A program made the translations under genes and the position numbers. Below the pieces are notes generated by a model. It made no database searches and had not been told where the DNA came from. It saw only the letters and a list, made by a program, of their open reading frames with translations. DNA of 64,000 nucleotides. Source: Crocinitomicaceae bacterium. GTDB taxonomy: Bacteria > Bacteroidota > Bacteroidia > Flavobacteriales_D > Crocinitomicaceae. Numbering within the stretch: the stretch's first letter is position 1; every line of letters starts with the position of its first letter. Where the stretch lies: positions 29,390-93,389 of the forward strand of contig JAGYIR010000013.1 of NCBI GenBank assembly GCA_018402525.1. The letters run 5' to 3'. Positions 9,681 through 18,752 of this stretch are shown here, one piece after another.

Positions 9681-11945
9681 CTATTTATTTTGAGCATCGA
9701 CCACTGCTACTTTCACCATATTGATGATTTCACGGACCGAAGAGCCCATTTGTAAGACATGAATTGATTTCTTTAAACCAACAAGTACAGGTCCAACCGC
9801 ATCCCCTTCTGTCATTTCTTGGAGCAGTTTGTAAGCAATGTTTCCTGCTGAAAGGTTTGGGAAAATTAGCGTATTTACCTTCTTATTAGCGAGCATTGAG
9901 AATGAAAAATTCTCATCCATGAGCGTCCCGTTCAATGCGAAATTTGCTTGCAACTCTCCATCCACGATTAAATTGGGGTCCTTTTCATGCAGGATTTTCA
10001 CTGCTTCGGACATTTTTCGTGCATCGTCACCAACAGAGGAGCCAAAATTTGAATAACTCAGCAATGCCACTCGAGGAATAACTTTAAATTTTCTAATTGT
10101 CTTGGCAACATTGGACGTTATTTCAGCTATGTCCTCTGCCGTTGGGTTCAGATTGATTGTTGTATCTGCTAAAAACAAAGGTCCACGTTTTGTACTTAGA
10201 ATGTACATTCCAGCTACCTTCGTCATTCCCTTTTGAAGTCCAACGGTTTGAATCGCTGGCCTAACAACATCTCTATAGTTTCTTGTGATACCCGAAATCA
10301 TAGCGTCAGCATCTCCCATTTCCACCATCATAGCACCAAAGTGATTTCTCTCACGCATCAATTGAATCGCTTCAAACTCCGTAACTCCCTTTCGACTTCT
10401 TTTTTCGAAAAATGCTGTTCCAAACGCAATTCTACGTGGCTTTTCTTCGTCAGATTTCGGGTCAATAATTTCTACATCTTGAAATTCAATATTATACTCT
10501 CGGATTAGCTCCTCAATCATCTTTCGTTTGCCCAGTAAAATTGGATATGCGACACCTTCCTCCCAAGCGGTTTGCGCAGCTTTGAGAATTTTTATATTAT
10601 CTGCTTCAGCAAATACTACTCTTTTTGGCGATCGCTGCGCCTTTTCGGTGATGTTACGAATCAGTTTGTTGTCGAGTCCAAGTCTATTCTTCAATTGCAT
10701 TTCATAAGCCTCCCAGTCGTCAATAGGGTTCTTTGCAACACCAGATTCCATAGCAGCCTTGGCTACTGCTGGTGCAATGTAATAGATCAATCTTGGGTCA
10801 AGTGGTTTTGGTATAAACTGTTCGCGTCCAAAAGAGATATTCTTTTCTCCGTAAGCCTCAATTACTTCTTCTGGAATTGTCTCCTTTGCCAGTGAAGAAA
10901 GCGCACGAACGGCAGCCAATTTCATTTCCTCATTGATGGTTGTTGCTCTAACATCAAGTGCCCCTCTGAAGATAAACGGAAACCCCAAAACGTTGTTGAC
11001 TTGATTCGGATGATCTGAACGACCTGTAGCCATAATGATGTCCTTGCGAACCGACATAGCTTCTTTGTAACCAATTTCTGGGTCTGGATTGGCCAATGCG
11101 AAAACGATGGGATCTTTCGCCATGACCTTAATCATTTCCTTCGTTACGATTCCCCCTCTAGAAAGACCTAAAAACACATCCGCCTTTTTAAAGGCTGCCT
11201 CGAATTCAATGGATTTTTTATGCTTTGCAAACGGGACTTTGTTCTCGTCCAAATTCTCTCTTTCTTCGCATAACAAACCTTTCGAATCAAACATGAAAAT
11301 GTTTTCAGGTTTCGCACCCAGAGCAGTGTACAACTTGGCACAAGCCAGAGCAGAAGGCCCTGCTCCAGAGACAAGAATTTTCACCTTTTCAATTTTCTTC
11401 TTTGCCAACTCCAGAGCATTCAAAAGTCCCGCTGACGAAATTATAGCAGTTCCATGCTGGTCGTCGTGCATAATTGGAATATCAAGCTCTTCCTTCAATC
11501 GACGTTCTATTTCGAAAGCTTCTGGTGCCTTAATATCCTCTAAATTGATCCCGCCAAATGTAGGGGCAATAGCTTTCACTGTTTGAATAAAAATCTCTGG
11601 ATCAGTAGCATCAACCTCTATGTCAAACACATCAATATCCGCGAAAATCTTAAAGAGAAGCCCCTTTCCTTCCATAACAGGTTTGGATGCCTCAGGACCA
11701 ATATCACCTAAACCTAGCACTGCTGTTCCATTAGAAATCACAGCGACCAAGTTACCTTTGCTCGTATACTTGTATACGTCTTCCTTGTTTTCAGCAATCT
11801 TAAGACAAGGCTCAGCTACCCCAGGTGAATAGGCCAACGACAAATCCCTTTGAGATGAATAGGGTTTGGTTGGAACCACCTCAATTTTACCAGGTTTCCC
11901 CATTGAGTGATAATCTAGTGCGTCTTGTTTTCTAATTTTTGACAT
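9681..11945 (-). CDS. maeB: NADP-dependent malic enzyme (malic enzyme plus phosphotransacetylase-like C-terminal domain)
   Basis: About 754 aa from [13 protein letters not shown]. Malic-enzyme N-terminal and NAD(P)-binding regions are followed by a PTA-like domain. Confidence 0.9.
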   Translation of the reverse strand: MSKIRKQDALDYHSMGKPGKIEVVPTKPYSSQRDLSLAYSPGVAEPCLKIAENKEDVYKYTSKGNLVAVISNGTAVLGLGDIGPEASKPVMEGKGLLFKIFADIDVFDIEVDATDPEIFIQTVKAIAPTFGGINLEDIKAPEAFEIERRLKEELDIPIMHDDQHGTAIISSAGLLNALELAKKKIEKVKILVSGAGPSALACAKLYTALGAKPENIFMFDSKGLLCEERENLDENKVPFAKHKKSIEFEAAFKKADVFLGLSRGGIVTKEMIKVMAKDPIVFALANPDPEIGYKEAMSVRKDIIMATGRSDHPNQVNNVLGFPFIFRGALDVRATTINEEMKLAAVRALSSLAKETIPEEVIEAYGEKNISFGREQFIPKPLDPRLIYYIAPAVAKAAMESGVAKNPIDDWEAYEMQLKNRLGLDNKLIRNITEKAQRSPKRVVFAEADNIKILKAAQTAWEEGVAYPILLGKRKMIEELIREYNIEFQDVEIIDPKSDEEKPRRIAFGTAFFEKRSRKGVTEFEAIQLMRERNHFGAMMVEMGDADAMISGITRNYRDVVRPAIQTVGLQKGMTKVAGMYILSTKRGPLFLADTTINLNPTAEDIAEITSNVAKTIRKFKVIPRVALLSYSNFGSSVGDDARKMSEAVKILHEKDPNLIVDGELQANFALNGTLMDENFSFSMLANKKVNTLIFPNLSAGNIAYKLLQEMTEGDAVGPVLVGLKKSIHVLQMGSSVREIINMVKVAVVDAQNK

Positions 11946-12151
11946 ATAGGTGTTTTGAAGCGTGTAAAGATAGGAAAATGCATGAAGCAACAAAAATTAT
12001 GCTTCATGATAAACCTCAAGAATGACACAATTTGATTTTGGGATTACAAGAATCTATTAAATGATCAAACGAAAATATAATGGAGAAGATGATAAAATGT
12101 GTTTAATTAGCATTCTAGAAATATTTTTAACACACATTTAATACTAAAATT

Positions 12152-13936
12152 ATGAAACAAATTACTAAATTAATAATGGTTGGCGTTTTTGCTTCTCCAG
12201 TAATTGGGTTTGCTCAGGTAAGTACTACCCCGCAACCAAGAAATGCTGTCATAGAAGAGTGGACAGGTATCTACTGTGGGTATTGTCCAACAGGACACGC
12301 TGCAGTTGAAACAGCTGTTACAAATAACCCAGGTCGTGTTGTCGCTGTAAACATTCACTCGGGTGGTTTTGCTGCTCCAAGTGGAGGAGACCCAGATTAC
12401 AGAACTCCACATGGTACAGCGCATGATGCTGCATTCCCAATTTCTGGATACCCATCTTCAACTTTAAATAGAAGAACAATTGGTGGATCACAAACGTATC
12501 ATCCTGCTGGTTCTAACGATGCAAACAAAGTCCCTACGGTTCTTGCAGAAACGTCAGAAGTAAACGTTCATATAACGGCAACAGTCGATATCGTAACTCG
12601 CTTATTGGAAGTTGATGTTGAATATTATTATACGGCGAATGCTCCTAATGCTACGAACTACATGAATGTGGCTATTTTGCAAAACAATGTTCATGGTCCA
12701 CAAACAACTTATGGTGGAGGAACATATAACCCAGGTGGTTGGATTGATTATCCAACAGTTTATAACCACATGCACATGTTTAGAGGATTTATGTCTGGCC
12801 AATGGGGAGAAGCAATTAACTCAACAACGACTGGTTCAACCGCTACAATGAGTTACTCGCAAGTACTTCCAGCTGCAATTAATGGTGTTCCATTAGATTT
12901 GGCAGAATTAGAGATTGCTGCATACATTGGTGATGGCTTTCAATCAGCAGGTAACATTCTTACAGGTGCTTCCGTTTACCCAACACTAACTGGATTTACA
13001 GCGGCGGATGAGGTGATTTTTGCTTCTGCTGCGGCTCCAGTTATCGATGTTTGTGATGCCTCACCTGTCTCTGTTACACCTACAGTATCAATACAAAACT
13101 GGGGGTCTAATCCGATTGCTACAGCCACTATTACCTACGATATGAATGGGGGAACTCCTCAAGTATTTAATTTTAGTGATGCTGGAAATCCAATTGCTCC
13201 AGGAGCAACTCGAATGGTGACTTTAAATCCAATCACATTTAATCCAATTGCTAGCAACACATTAAACGTAACAGTTACAAATCCAAATGGAGTTGCTGAT
13301 GACATTTCAGACAATTCAGGATCTACTCCAGTCGTGGTAAATACAGCTGTTGCTGCAACAGATTTAGTAGCTACTGTGTACTTGACAACTGACCGTTATG
13401 CTTCTGAAACAACTTGGAATATTAAAAACAGTGCTGGAACCACGGTTGCCTCAGCAGGTCCATGGGCTGATTTATCAGCGAATGGAACTACTGTTCAAAC
13501 TCCAGTTGAAGTTAATTTGAACCCAAATGATTGTTACACTTTCACTATTGAGGATACTTATGGTGATGGTATTTGCTGTGCGTATGGTGCAGGAAGCTTT
13601 GAAGTGAGAGACGGGAACAATGTCCTTTTAGTTTCTGGTGGAACTTTCGCAGACGAAGATAACGGTTTGTTTGAAACAAGCATCGCTTCTTTAGGGACTG
13701 TTGAAATTGAAAATGTTTCAATCTACCCTAACCCAGCGACGAATGTGTTGAATGTTAAATTCGAAGCGGAATCCAATGCAACTGTTTCAATTCTTGATTT
13801 ATCTGGAAGAGTTGTTGCAACTGAGACAGGATTAAATAGTGTTGTTTTCCCAGTAAACGACTTATCGAGCGGAAGTTACATTGTAACTATAACGACAGAA
13901 ACTGCTGTTTACCAAGAAAACGTAGTGATTAAATAA
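12152..13936 (+). CDS. Secreted T9SS cargo protein with type-A C-terminal sorting domain; N-terminal thioredoxin-like/Omp28-related region
   Basis: Signal peptide present, EEWTGIYCGYCP motif near the N-terminus, and the last ~75 aa (VSIYPNPATNVLNVKF...VVIK) match the Por secretion tail pattern. Confidence 0.8.
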   Translation: MKQITKLIMVGVFASPVIGFAQVSTTPQPRNAVIEEWTGIYCGYCPTGHAAVETAVTNNPGRVVAVNIHSGGFAAPSGGDPDYRTPHGTAHDAAFPISGYPSSTLNRRTIGGSQTYHPAGSNDANKVPTVLAETSEVNVHITATVDIVTRLLEVDVEYYYTANAPNATNYMNVAILQNNVHGPQTTYGGGTYNPGGWIDYPTVYNHMHMFRGFMSGQWGEAINSTTTGSTATMSYSQVLPAAINGVPLDLAELEIAAYIGDGFQSAGNILTGASVYPTLTGFTAADEVIFASAAAPVIDVCDASPVSVTPTVSIQNWGSNPIATATITYDMNGGTPQVFNFSDAGNPIAPGATRMVTLNPITFNPIASNTLNVTVTNPNGVADDISDNSGSTPVVVNTAVAATDLVATVYLTTDRYASETTWNIKNSAGTTVASAGPWADLSANGTTVQTPVEVNLNPNDCYTFTIEDTYGDGICCAYGAGSFEVRDGNNVLLVSGGTFADEDNGLFETSIASLGTVEIENVSIYPNPATNVLNVKFEAESNATVSILDLSGRVVATETGLNSVVFPVNDLSSGSYIVTITTETAVYQENVVIK

Positions 13937-13961
13937 TCCAATTTAATTTCTAATTAATTTT

Positions 13962-13996
13962 GAAGGCTGGACAATTACTGTTCAGCCTTCCTTTTT
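13962..13996 (+). terminator. Rho-independent terminator after the T9SS cargo gene
   Basis: GAAGGCTG-13 nt-CAGCCTTC stem followed by CTTTTT. Confidence 0.7.
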
Positions 13997-13998
13997 AT

Positions 13999-14691
13999 AT
14001 GAAGAAAATTGTTGTTTTTAGTGGCGCTGGAATGAGTGCTGAGAGTGGAATATCCACATTTAGAGATAGTAATGGCCTCTGGGAGAACCATAATATAAAT
14101 GAAGTTGCAACTCCAGAGGCTTGGAAAGCAAATCCTTTATTGGTTCAAGAATTCTACAATGTTCGTCGAAAAAACATCATCGATGCACATCCGAACAAAG
14201 CGCATGAACTAATTGCCCAACTCGAAGTGAAGTTTGATGTTTGCGTCATCACTCAAAATATAGACGACTTGCATGAAAGGGCTGGTAGCTCAATCGTATA
14301 CCATTTGCACGGCAACATACGATATGCAAAAAGTTCTGGTCCAAATCAAGAAAAAGCGTATTATCCAATTGAGGGGGCCACATTAGACTTAGAAAAGGAC
14401 ATTTGTCCTGACGGCTACCCTTTAAGACCGCATGTTGTATGGTTCGGAGAGAGCGTTCCAATGTATGAGGTCGTAATTCCTGTAATCGCGGCAGCAGACG
14501 TATTGATCATAATAGGAACTTCTCTTAACGTGTATCCAGCTGCTGGTTTAATTCACCATTGTTCACCAAGTTGCCAAGCATATCTCATTGATCCTAAAGC
14601 ATCAGAAATAAACATTCCTCCTAATTATAATGTCATCGAGGAAAATGCGGTAGCTGGAATGACTCAACTTTTCAATAAACTAATGGAATAA
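13999..14691 (+). CDS. cobB: Sir2-family NAD-dependent protein deacylase
   Basis: GAGMSAESGISTFRD and TQNIDDLHERAG motifs, catalytic HG present. Start taken at MKKIVVFSGAG (ATG 13999), because the upstream part of the ORF overlaps the terminator. Confidence 0.85.
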   Translation: MKKIVVFSGAGMSAESGISTFRDSNGLWENHNINEVATPEAWKANPLLVQEFYNVRRKNIIDAHPNKAHELIAQLEVKFDVCVITQNIDDLHERAGSSIVYHLHGNIRYAKSSGPNQEKAYYPIEGATLDLEKDICPDGYPLRPHVVWFGESVPMYEVVIPVIAAADVLIIIGTSLNVYPAAGLIHHCSPSCQAYLIDPKASEINIPPNYNVIEENAVAGMTQLFNKLME

Positions 14692-14696
14692 TATGC

Positions 14697-15446
14697 CTAT
14701 TTTTTCCTATTGTGTTCCTTTACAAAATTCTCAATAGCACCTGTCATGGATGGTGCATTTGGCTGAGGGGCGTGTAAATCCAACCGAAGGTTATTCTTTA
14801 CTATAGCATTGGCTGTTGTAGGACCGAAGGCTGCTATATAGGTTCCATTTTGCTTAAAGTCAGGGAAGTTTTTTAGCAATGACTCGATGCCACCTGGACT
14901 GTAAAAAACCAACATGTCGTACGACACATTCTCCAAGTCCGATAAATCTGACGCCACAGTTCTATATAAGACTGTTTTTGAAAAATCGATGTTGTTTTCT
15001 TCCAATGTCAACGGAATTTTATCCCTCAAAATATCTGTGCATGGCAACAGGAATTTTTCTTTTTTGTGCTTCTTAAGTACGTCTACTAACTCCTCAATCG
15101 TTTGCTTTCCAAAAAATATTTTTCTTTTTCTGTATGCGACATACTTCTGAAGGTAATAAGCAATCGCCTCTGAAATACAGAAATACTTCATTGTATCAGG
15201 GACTTCAAACCTTGTTTCCTCAGCAATTCTAAAAAAGTGATCAACAGCAGTTTTGGAAGTGAAAATAACTGCTGAATGCGCCTTTAAATCAACTTTTTGC
15301 GATCGAAACTCCTGAGCTCCGACGCCTTCAATATGAATAAAGGGTCTAAAATCTATCGTTAAGCCATGTTTTTCGGCCAAATCAAAATAAGGAGATTTAG
15401 CGCCTTCTGGCTTGGGTTGAGAAACCAAAATTGTTTTAATAGCCAC
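14697..15446 (-). CDS. hemD: Uroporphyrinogen-III synthase family protein (HemD-like)
   Basis: About 250 aa HEM4-like protein in the DUF4271-hemD pairing common in Flavobacteriia. Start uncertain: GTG at 15446 gives VAIKTILVSQPKP; TTG at 15470 is the alternative. Confidence 0.6.
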   Translation of the reverse strand: MAIKTILVSQPKPEGAKSPYFDLAEKHGLTIDFRPFIHIEGVGAQEFRSQKVDLKAHSAVIFTSKTAVDHFFRIAEETRFEVPDTMKYFCISEAIAYYLQKYVAYRKRKIFFGKQTIEELVDVLKKHKKEKFLLPCTDILRDKIPLTLEENNIDFSKTVLYRTVASDLSDLENVSYDMLVFYSPGGIESLLKNFPDFKQNGTYIAAFGPTTANAIVKNNLRLDLHAPQPNAPSMTGAIENFVKEHNRKK

Positions 15447-15472
15447 TTGACTCTTGTTTAGTTTAAGCAATT

Positions 15473-16168
15473 CTAAAAACTGAAATCTATCGCCAAATAG
15501 TAGTACAATACTAGCAGAGGTAGAATTTCAAGGGTGCAAAGATATATAATAATATAATACCATGAAACACCAGCGGTTAGAACAAATAGAAAACTTCTAA
15601 TAATTCGAAGAATATTCTCGGTAAAAATGCCCCAAATACATAATTCAACAAATAACAATTTATTCATGAACCCTAGTGCCCATAGAAAAACGAGTATGGA
15701 ACTGTACAGTCCAAGCAATTGAGCACCATTAATCTTCATCAAGATAGGGGTTGCAAAAACCTCTCTTTCTCCAGTTAAAAGCATCCCGACCAATAAGGAA
15801 CCAATCCCAAAAAATAAAAAGACGATTGGGGTAAGCGTAACAATAAACAGTTCGTGGCTCATCTCAAACTGTGGCAAGCTCAAGACGAAATACAATAAAA
15901 TACTAAAGGACAGGAGGTAATTCACAAACAGCAAAAGGGAGGAACCTTTAAATACAGGGAAGGACTCTTTAAGATATAGAAATAATTGTTTGCCTTTAAA
16001 AAAAGATTTTAGCAAAACTGTGTAAACATCCGACTGTAACAACTTAGCCAAAGAAATAAGTACAAACGATAGAAACATTCCCAAACCGACGAGCACAGTA
16101 ATTGGATGCTCTCTCACCGTCAACTCCGTTGGGATGGTTTCAAATATGGTAAGTATGTATCCTTTCAC
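15473..16168 (-). CDS. Multi-pass membrane protein (DUF4271-like)
   Basis: 231 aa with about 6 hydrophobic helices, directly upstream of the hemD-like gene. Confidence 0.55.
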   Translation of the reverse strand: MKGYILTIFETIPTELTVREHPITVLVGLGMFLSFVLISLAKLLQSDVYTVLLKSFFKGKQLFLYLKESFPVFKGSSLLLFVNYLLSFSILLYFVLSLPQFEMSHELFIVTLTPIVFLFFGIGSLLVGMLLTGEREVFATPILMKINGAQLLGLYSSILVFLWALGFMNKLLFVELCIWGIFTENILRIIRSFLFVLTAGVSWYYIIIYLCTLEILPLLVLYYYLAIDFSF

Positions 16169-16288
16169 GATAATATTAACTTATACTATTTCTCTCAATC
16201 AACAAAGTTATCTTTTGAAAGTGAATTCTTCTAACGTAGAAGAAAAATATCGTTAAATTTGTCACCTTGTATCTTTAAATATCGAAAC

Positions 16289-17485
16289 ATGAGAACTGAC
16301 TTATATGTGCACCCTGATTACTACAACATGGATGATTTACTTTCGGAAGAGCATAAACTCGTCCGTGACGCTGCGAGAGCTTGGGTGAAAAAGGAAGTAT
16401 CCCCAATCATAGACGAGCACTATGAAAACGCAACTTTTCCGATGCATATATTGCCAGGGCTGGGTGAAATAGGTGCTTTTGGTCCTTACATTCCAGAAGA
16501 GTATGGTGGGCCTGGCTTAGATCAAATTTCTTATGGATTAATTATGCAAGAGCTAGAACGATGTGATTCTGGTTTGCGCTCAACTGCATCCGTTCAAAGT
16601 TCACTCGTCATGTATCCTATTTGGAAATATGGTAGTGAAGAACAAAAGCAAAAGTACCTACCGAAACTTGCGACTGGTGAAATGATTGGTTGTTTCGGAT
16701 TAACAGAGCCGGATCATGGATCAAACCCTGGTGGTATGATTACCAATTTTAAAGATGCTGGAGATCACGTAATTCTTAATGGTGCAAAAATGTGGATTTC
16801 CAATGCTCCTTTTGCGCAAATTGCCGTTGTTTGGGCCAAAGATGAAACTGGTCGAATTCACGGTCTCGTTGTAGAAAGAGGTATGGAAGGATTCTCTACG
16901 CCAGAAATGCATGGAAAATTATCGTTACGTGCTTCTGCAACTGGAGAGCTAATTTTTGATAATGTTAAAGTCCCAAAAGAAAATATATTGCCTGGACGAA
17001 GTGGCCTTGGTGCACCTCTTAGTTGTTTAGACTCGGCTCGATTCGGTATAGCCTGGGGGGCTCTTGGTGCTGCAATGGATTGTTATGATCAAGCCTTAAG
17101 ATATTCAAAAGAACGCACGCAATTCGGTGTTCCGATTGGATCGTTTCAATTGATTCAAAAGAAATTGGCAGAGATGATTACTGAAATTACAAAAGCGCAA
17201 CTATTGACGTTTCGCTTAGGTCAACTGAGAAACGAAGGGAAAGCAACTTCCGCTCAAATATCTATGGCGAAGAGAAACAATGTTGAAATTGCTTTAAACA
17301 TTGCTCGAGAAGCACGCCAAATTCATGGCGGAATGGGAATTACAAGTGAATACTCAATGATGCGTCACATGGCGAACTTAGAGTCGGTATTAACTTATGA
17401 AGGAACGCACGATATTCACCTCCTAATTACTGGAATGGATGTCACTGGTATACCTTCATTTACGCGTGAAATGCCCGAAATGTAG
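16289..17485 (+). CDS. gcdH: Glutaryl-CoA dehydrogenase (acyl-CoA dehydrogenase family)
   Basis: GCFGLTEPDHGSNPGGM and YEGTHDIHLLITGMDVTGI are GCDH-like. ATG at 16289 preferred over the upstream TTG. Confidence 0.8.
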   Translation: MRTDLYVHPDYYNMDDLLSEEHKLVRDAARAWVKKEVSPIIDEHYENATFPMHILPGLGEIGAFGPYIPEEYGGPGLDQISYGLIMQELERCDSGLRSTASVQSSLVMYPIWKYGSEEQKQKYLPKLATGEMIGCFGLTEPDHGSNPGGMITNFKDAGDHVILNGAKMWISNAPFAQIAVVWAKDETGRIHGLVVERGMEGFSTPEMHGKLSLRASATGELIFDNVKVPKENILPGRSGLGAPLSCLDSARFGIAWGALGAAMDCYDQALRYSKERTQFGVPIGSFQLIQKKLAEMITEITKAQLLTFRLGQLRNEGKATSAQISMAKRNNVEIALNIAREARQIHGGMGITSEYSMMRHMANLESVLTYEGTHDIHLLITGMDVTGIPSFTREMPEM

Positions 17486-17607
17486 TTTTTCATTAACTTT
17501 TTGTTAATTATTTAATTTTTTTGTAGTTTTGTCGCGTTTGAGGAACTTCCTCACACCCTTTTGGGTGATTTATAGTAAAATATAGAATAAACGAACATAC
17601 TACTACA

Positions 17608-18729
17608 ATGAAAAAACTATTATTCGGTTTGTGTGTCTTTGCACAGGCTATTTCTTGGGTTAATGCTCAACAAAATACCTTTAGAATAGATTACGACGTT
17701 GCTTTATTTGACATTCCTGTAACATCTATTGAGTCACTTAGTCCTGATCAATATTTATTCTCTGGAATTCATGCTGATTTTATTCCCCTTGCCTCATCAC
17801 TTTCTGAAGTGGACGCAACTGGTGCATTACTCTGGGGTAAAAGATATTCCTCAGGATTCGCATTTACATTCGGTGATGTTAAAAAGGATGTCGCTTTGAA
17901 CCGCTATTATGCGTGTGGTGGAGGTGAAACGAGCGGTCCTGCTTTCTTACTATTCTTGGATGCAACTGGAAATGTAATAACAGCAAGAAATTTCTCCATT
18001 GCCCAGGCAGATGGAGCCTATTTCAACAGAGTTATAAAAACAAGTGACGGAGGATACCTTTGCGTTGGTTCTGTAACGGGTTATGATCCAGATGGCGCTG
18101 GCCCTGAAGCAGACTTCAATTCAGTCACTAATAATGACCCTGGCTGTGACAACTCTCATACTGAATCCATTCAATCTCCATTAATTGTGAAGTTCGATGC
18201 AAGCGGAAATCATATATGGCATCATGTTTTTAGATATTACGTCACCTCAGCAATACCAGCGAATCGCATTTATAACGATGCAAGCTTTGTTGATCTTGTC
18301 GAAGTCAGTGATGGATATATTGCAATTGGAAATTATGATGTAAACAATGTATTTTCAACTTTTGACGCCGAAGATTGTGACGACACGACGCCTACCGATG
18401 CATTTTTCCTGAAAACGACAACGGCTGGAGCCATTACCTATCATCGGCAGATTGACAACCCTAGTAATTCAACAGGTCAATCAAGCAAAAGTTTAGTTTC
18501 AGCTGAGAAAACTGCTGCTGGAGAACCACTGATATCAGGTACAGACGGGAGTGGTAGACCTTGTGTTTTAATGCGACTCCCTAGTTCTGGGGGGTGGGCT
18601 AATCCATCTTGGATTAGGAAATATGCAGGACTTGAAATTACTGTTTTTGGTTTTCCAACAGGGGATTATTATCCATACTTACCAAACCGATTTTTGAAAC
18701 CAGTGATGGAAATTATGCCGCATGGTTAA
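17608..18729 (+). CDS. Adhesin N-terminal fragment (signal peptide plus SDGGY-type repeats); probably the 5-prime part of the next ORF
   Basis: Signal peptide MKKLLFGLCVFAQAISWVNAQ and repeated xxSDGGYxxxG motifs. The ORF terminates 24 nt before the next ORF, which continues the same motif in the -1 frame. Confidence 0.7.
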   Translation: MKKLLFGLCVFAQAISWVNAQQNTFRIDYDVALFDIPVTSIESLSPDQYLFSGIHADFIPLASSLSEVDATGALLWGKRYSSGFAFTFGDVKKDVALNRYYACGGGETSGPAFLLFLDATGNVITARNFSIAQADGAYFNRVIKTSDGGYLCVGSVTGYDPDGAGPEADFNSVTNNDPGCDNSHTESIQSPLIVKFDASGNHIWHHVFRYYVTSAIPANRIYNDASFVDLVEVSDGYIAIGNYDVNNVFSTFDAEDCDDTTPTDAFFLKTTTAGAITYHRQIDNPSNSTGQSSKSLVSAEKTAAGEPLISGTDGSGRPCVLMRLPSSGGWANPSWIRKYAGLEITVFGFPTGDYYPYLPNRFLKPVMEIMPHG

Positions 18730-18752
18730 ACTATTTACCAGTTGTAGGACTT

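Noticed and set aside
12095-12139. Imperfect inverted repeat (AAATGTGTTTAA...TTAACACACATTT) just upstream of the T9SS cargo gene
   Set aside because: It is AT-rich and bulged, with only a 7-bp perfect core. That is within what chance produces in AT-rich intergenic DNA.
13999-14691. Sir2 protein as part of an anti-phage defence system
   Set aside because: It is a short stand-alone CobB-type deacylase with no fused or neighbouring effector or sensor such as HerA, pAgo or TIR. The neighbours are housekeeping genes.
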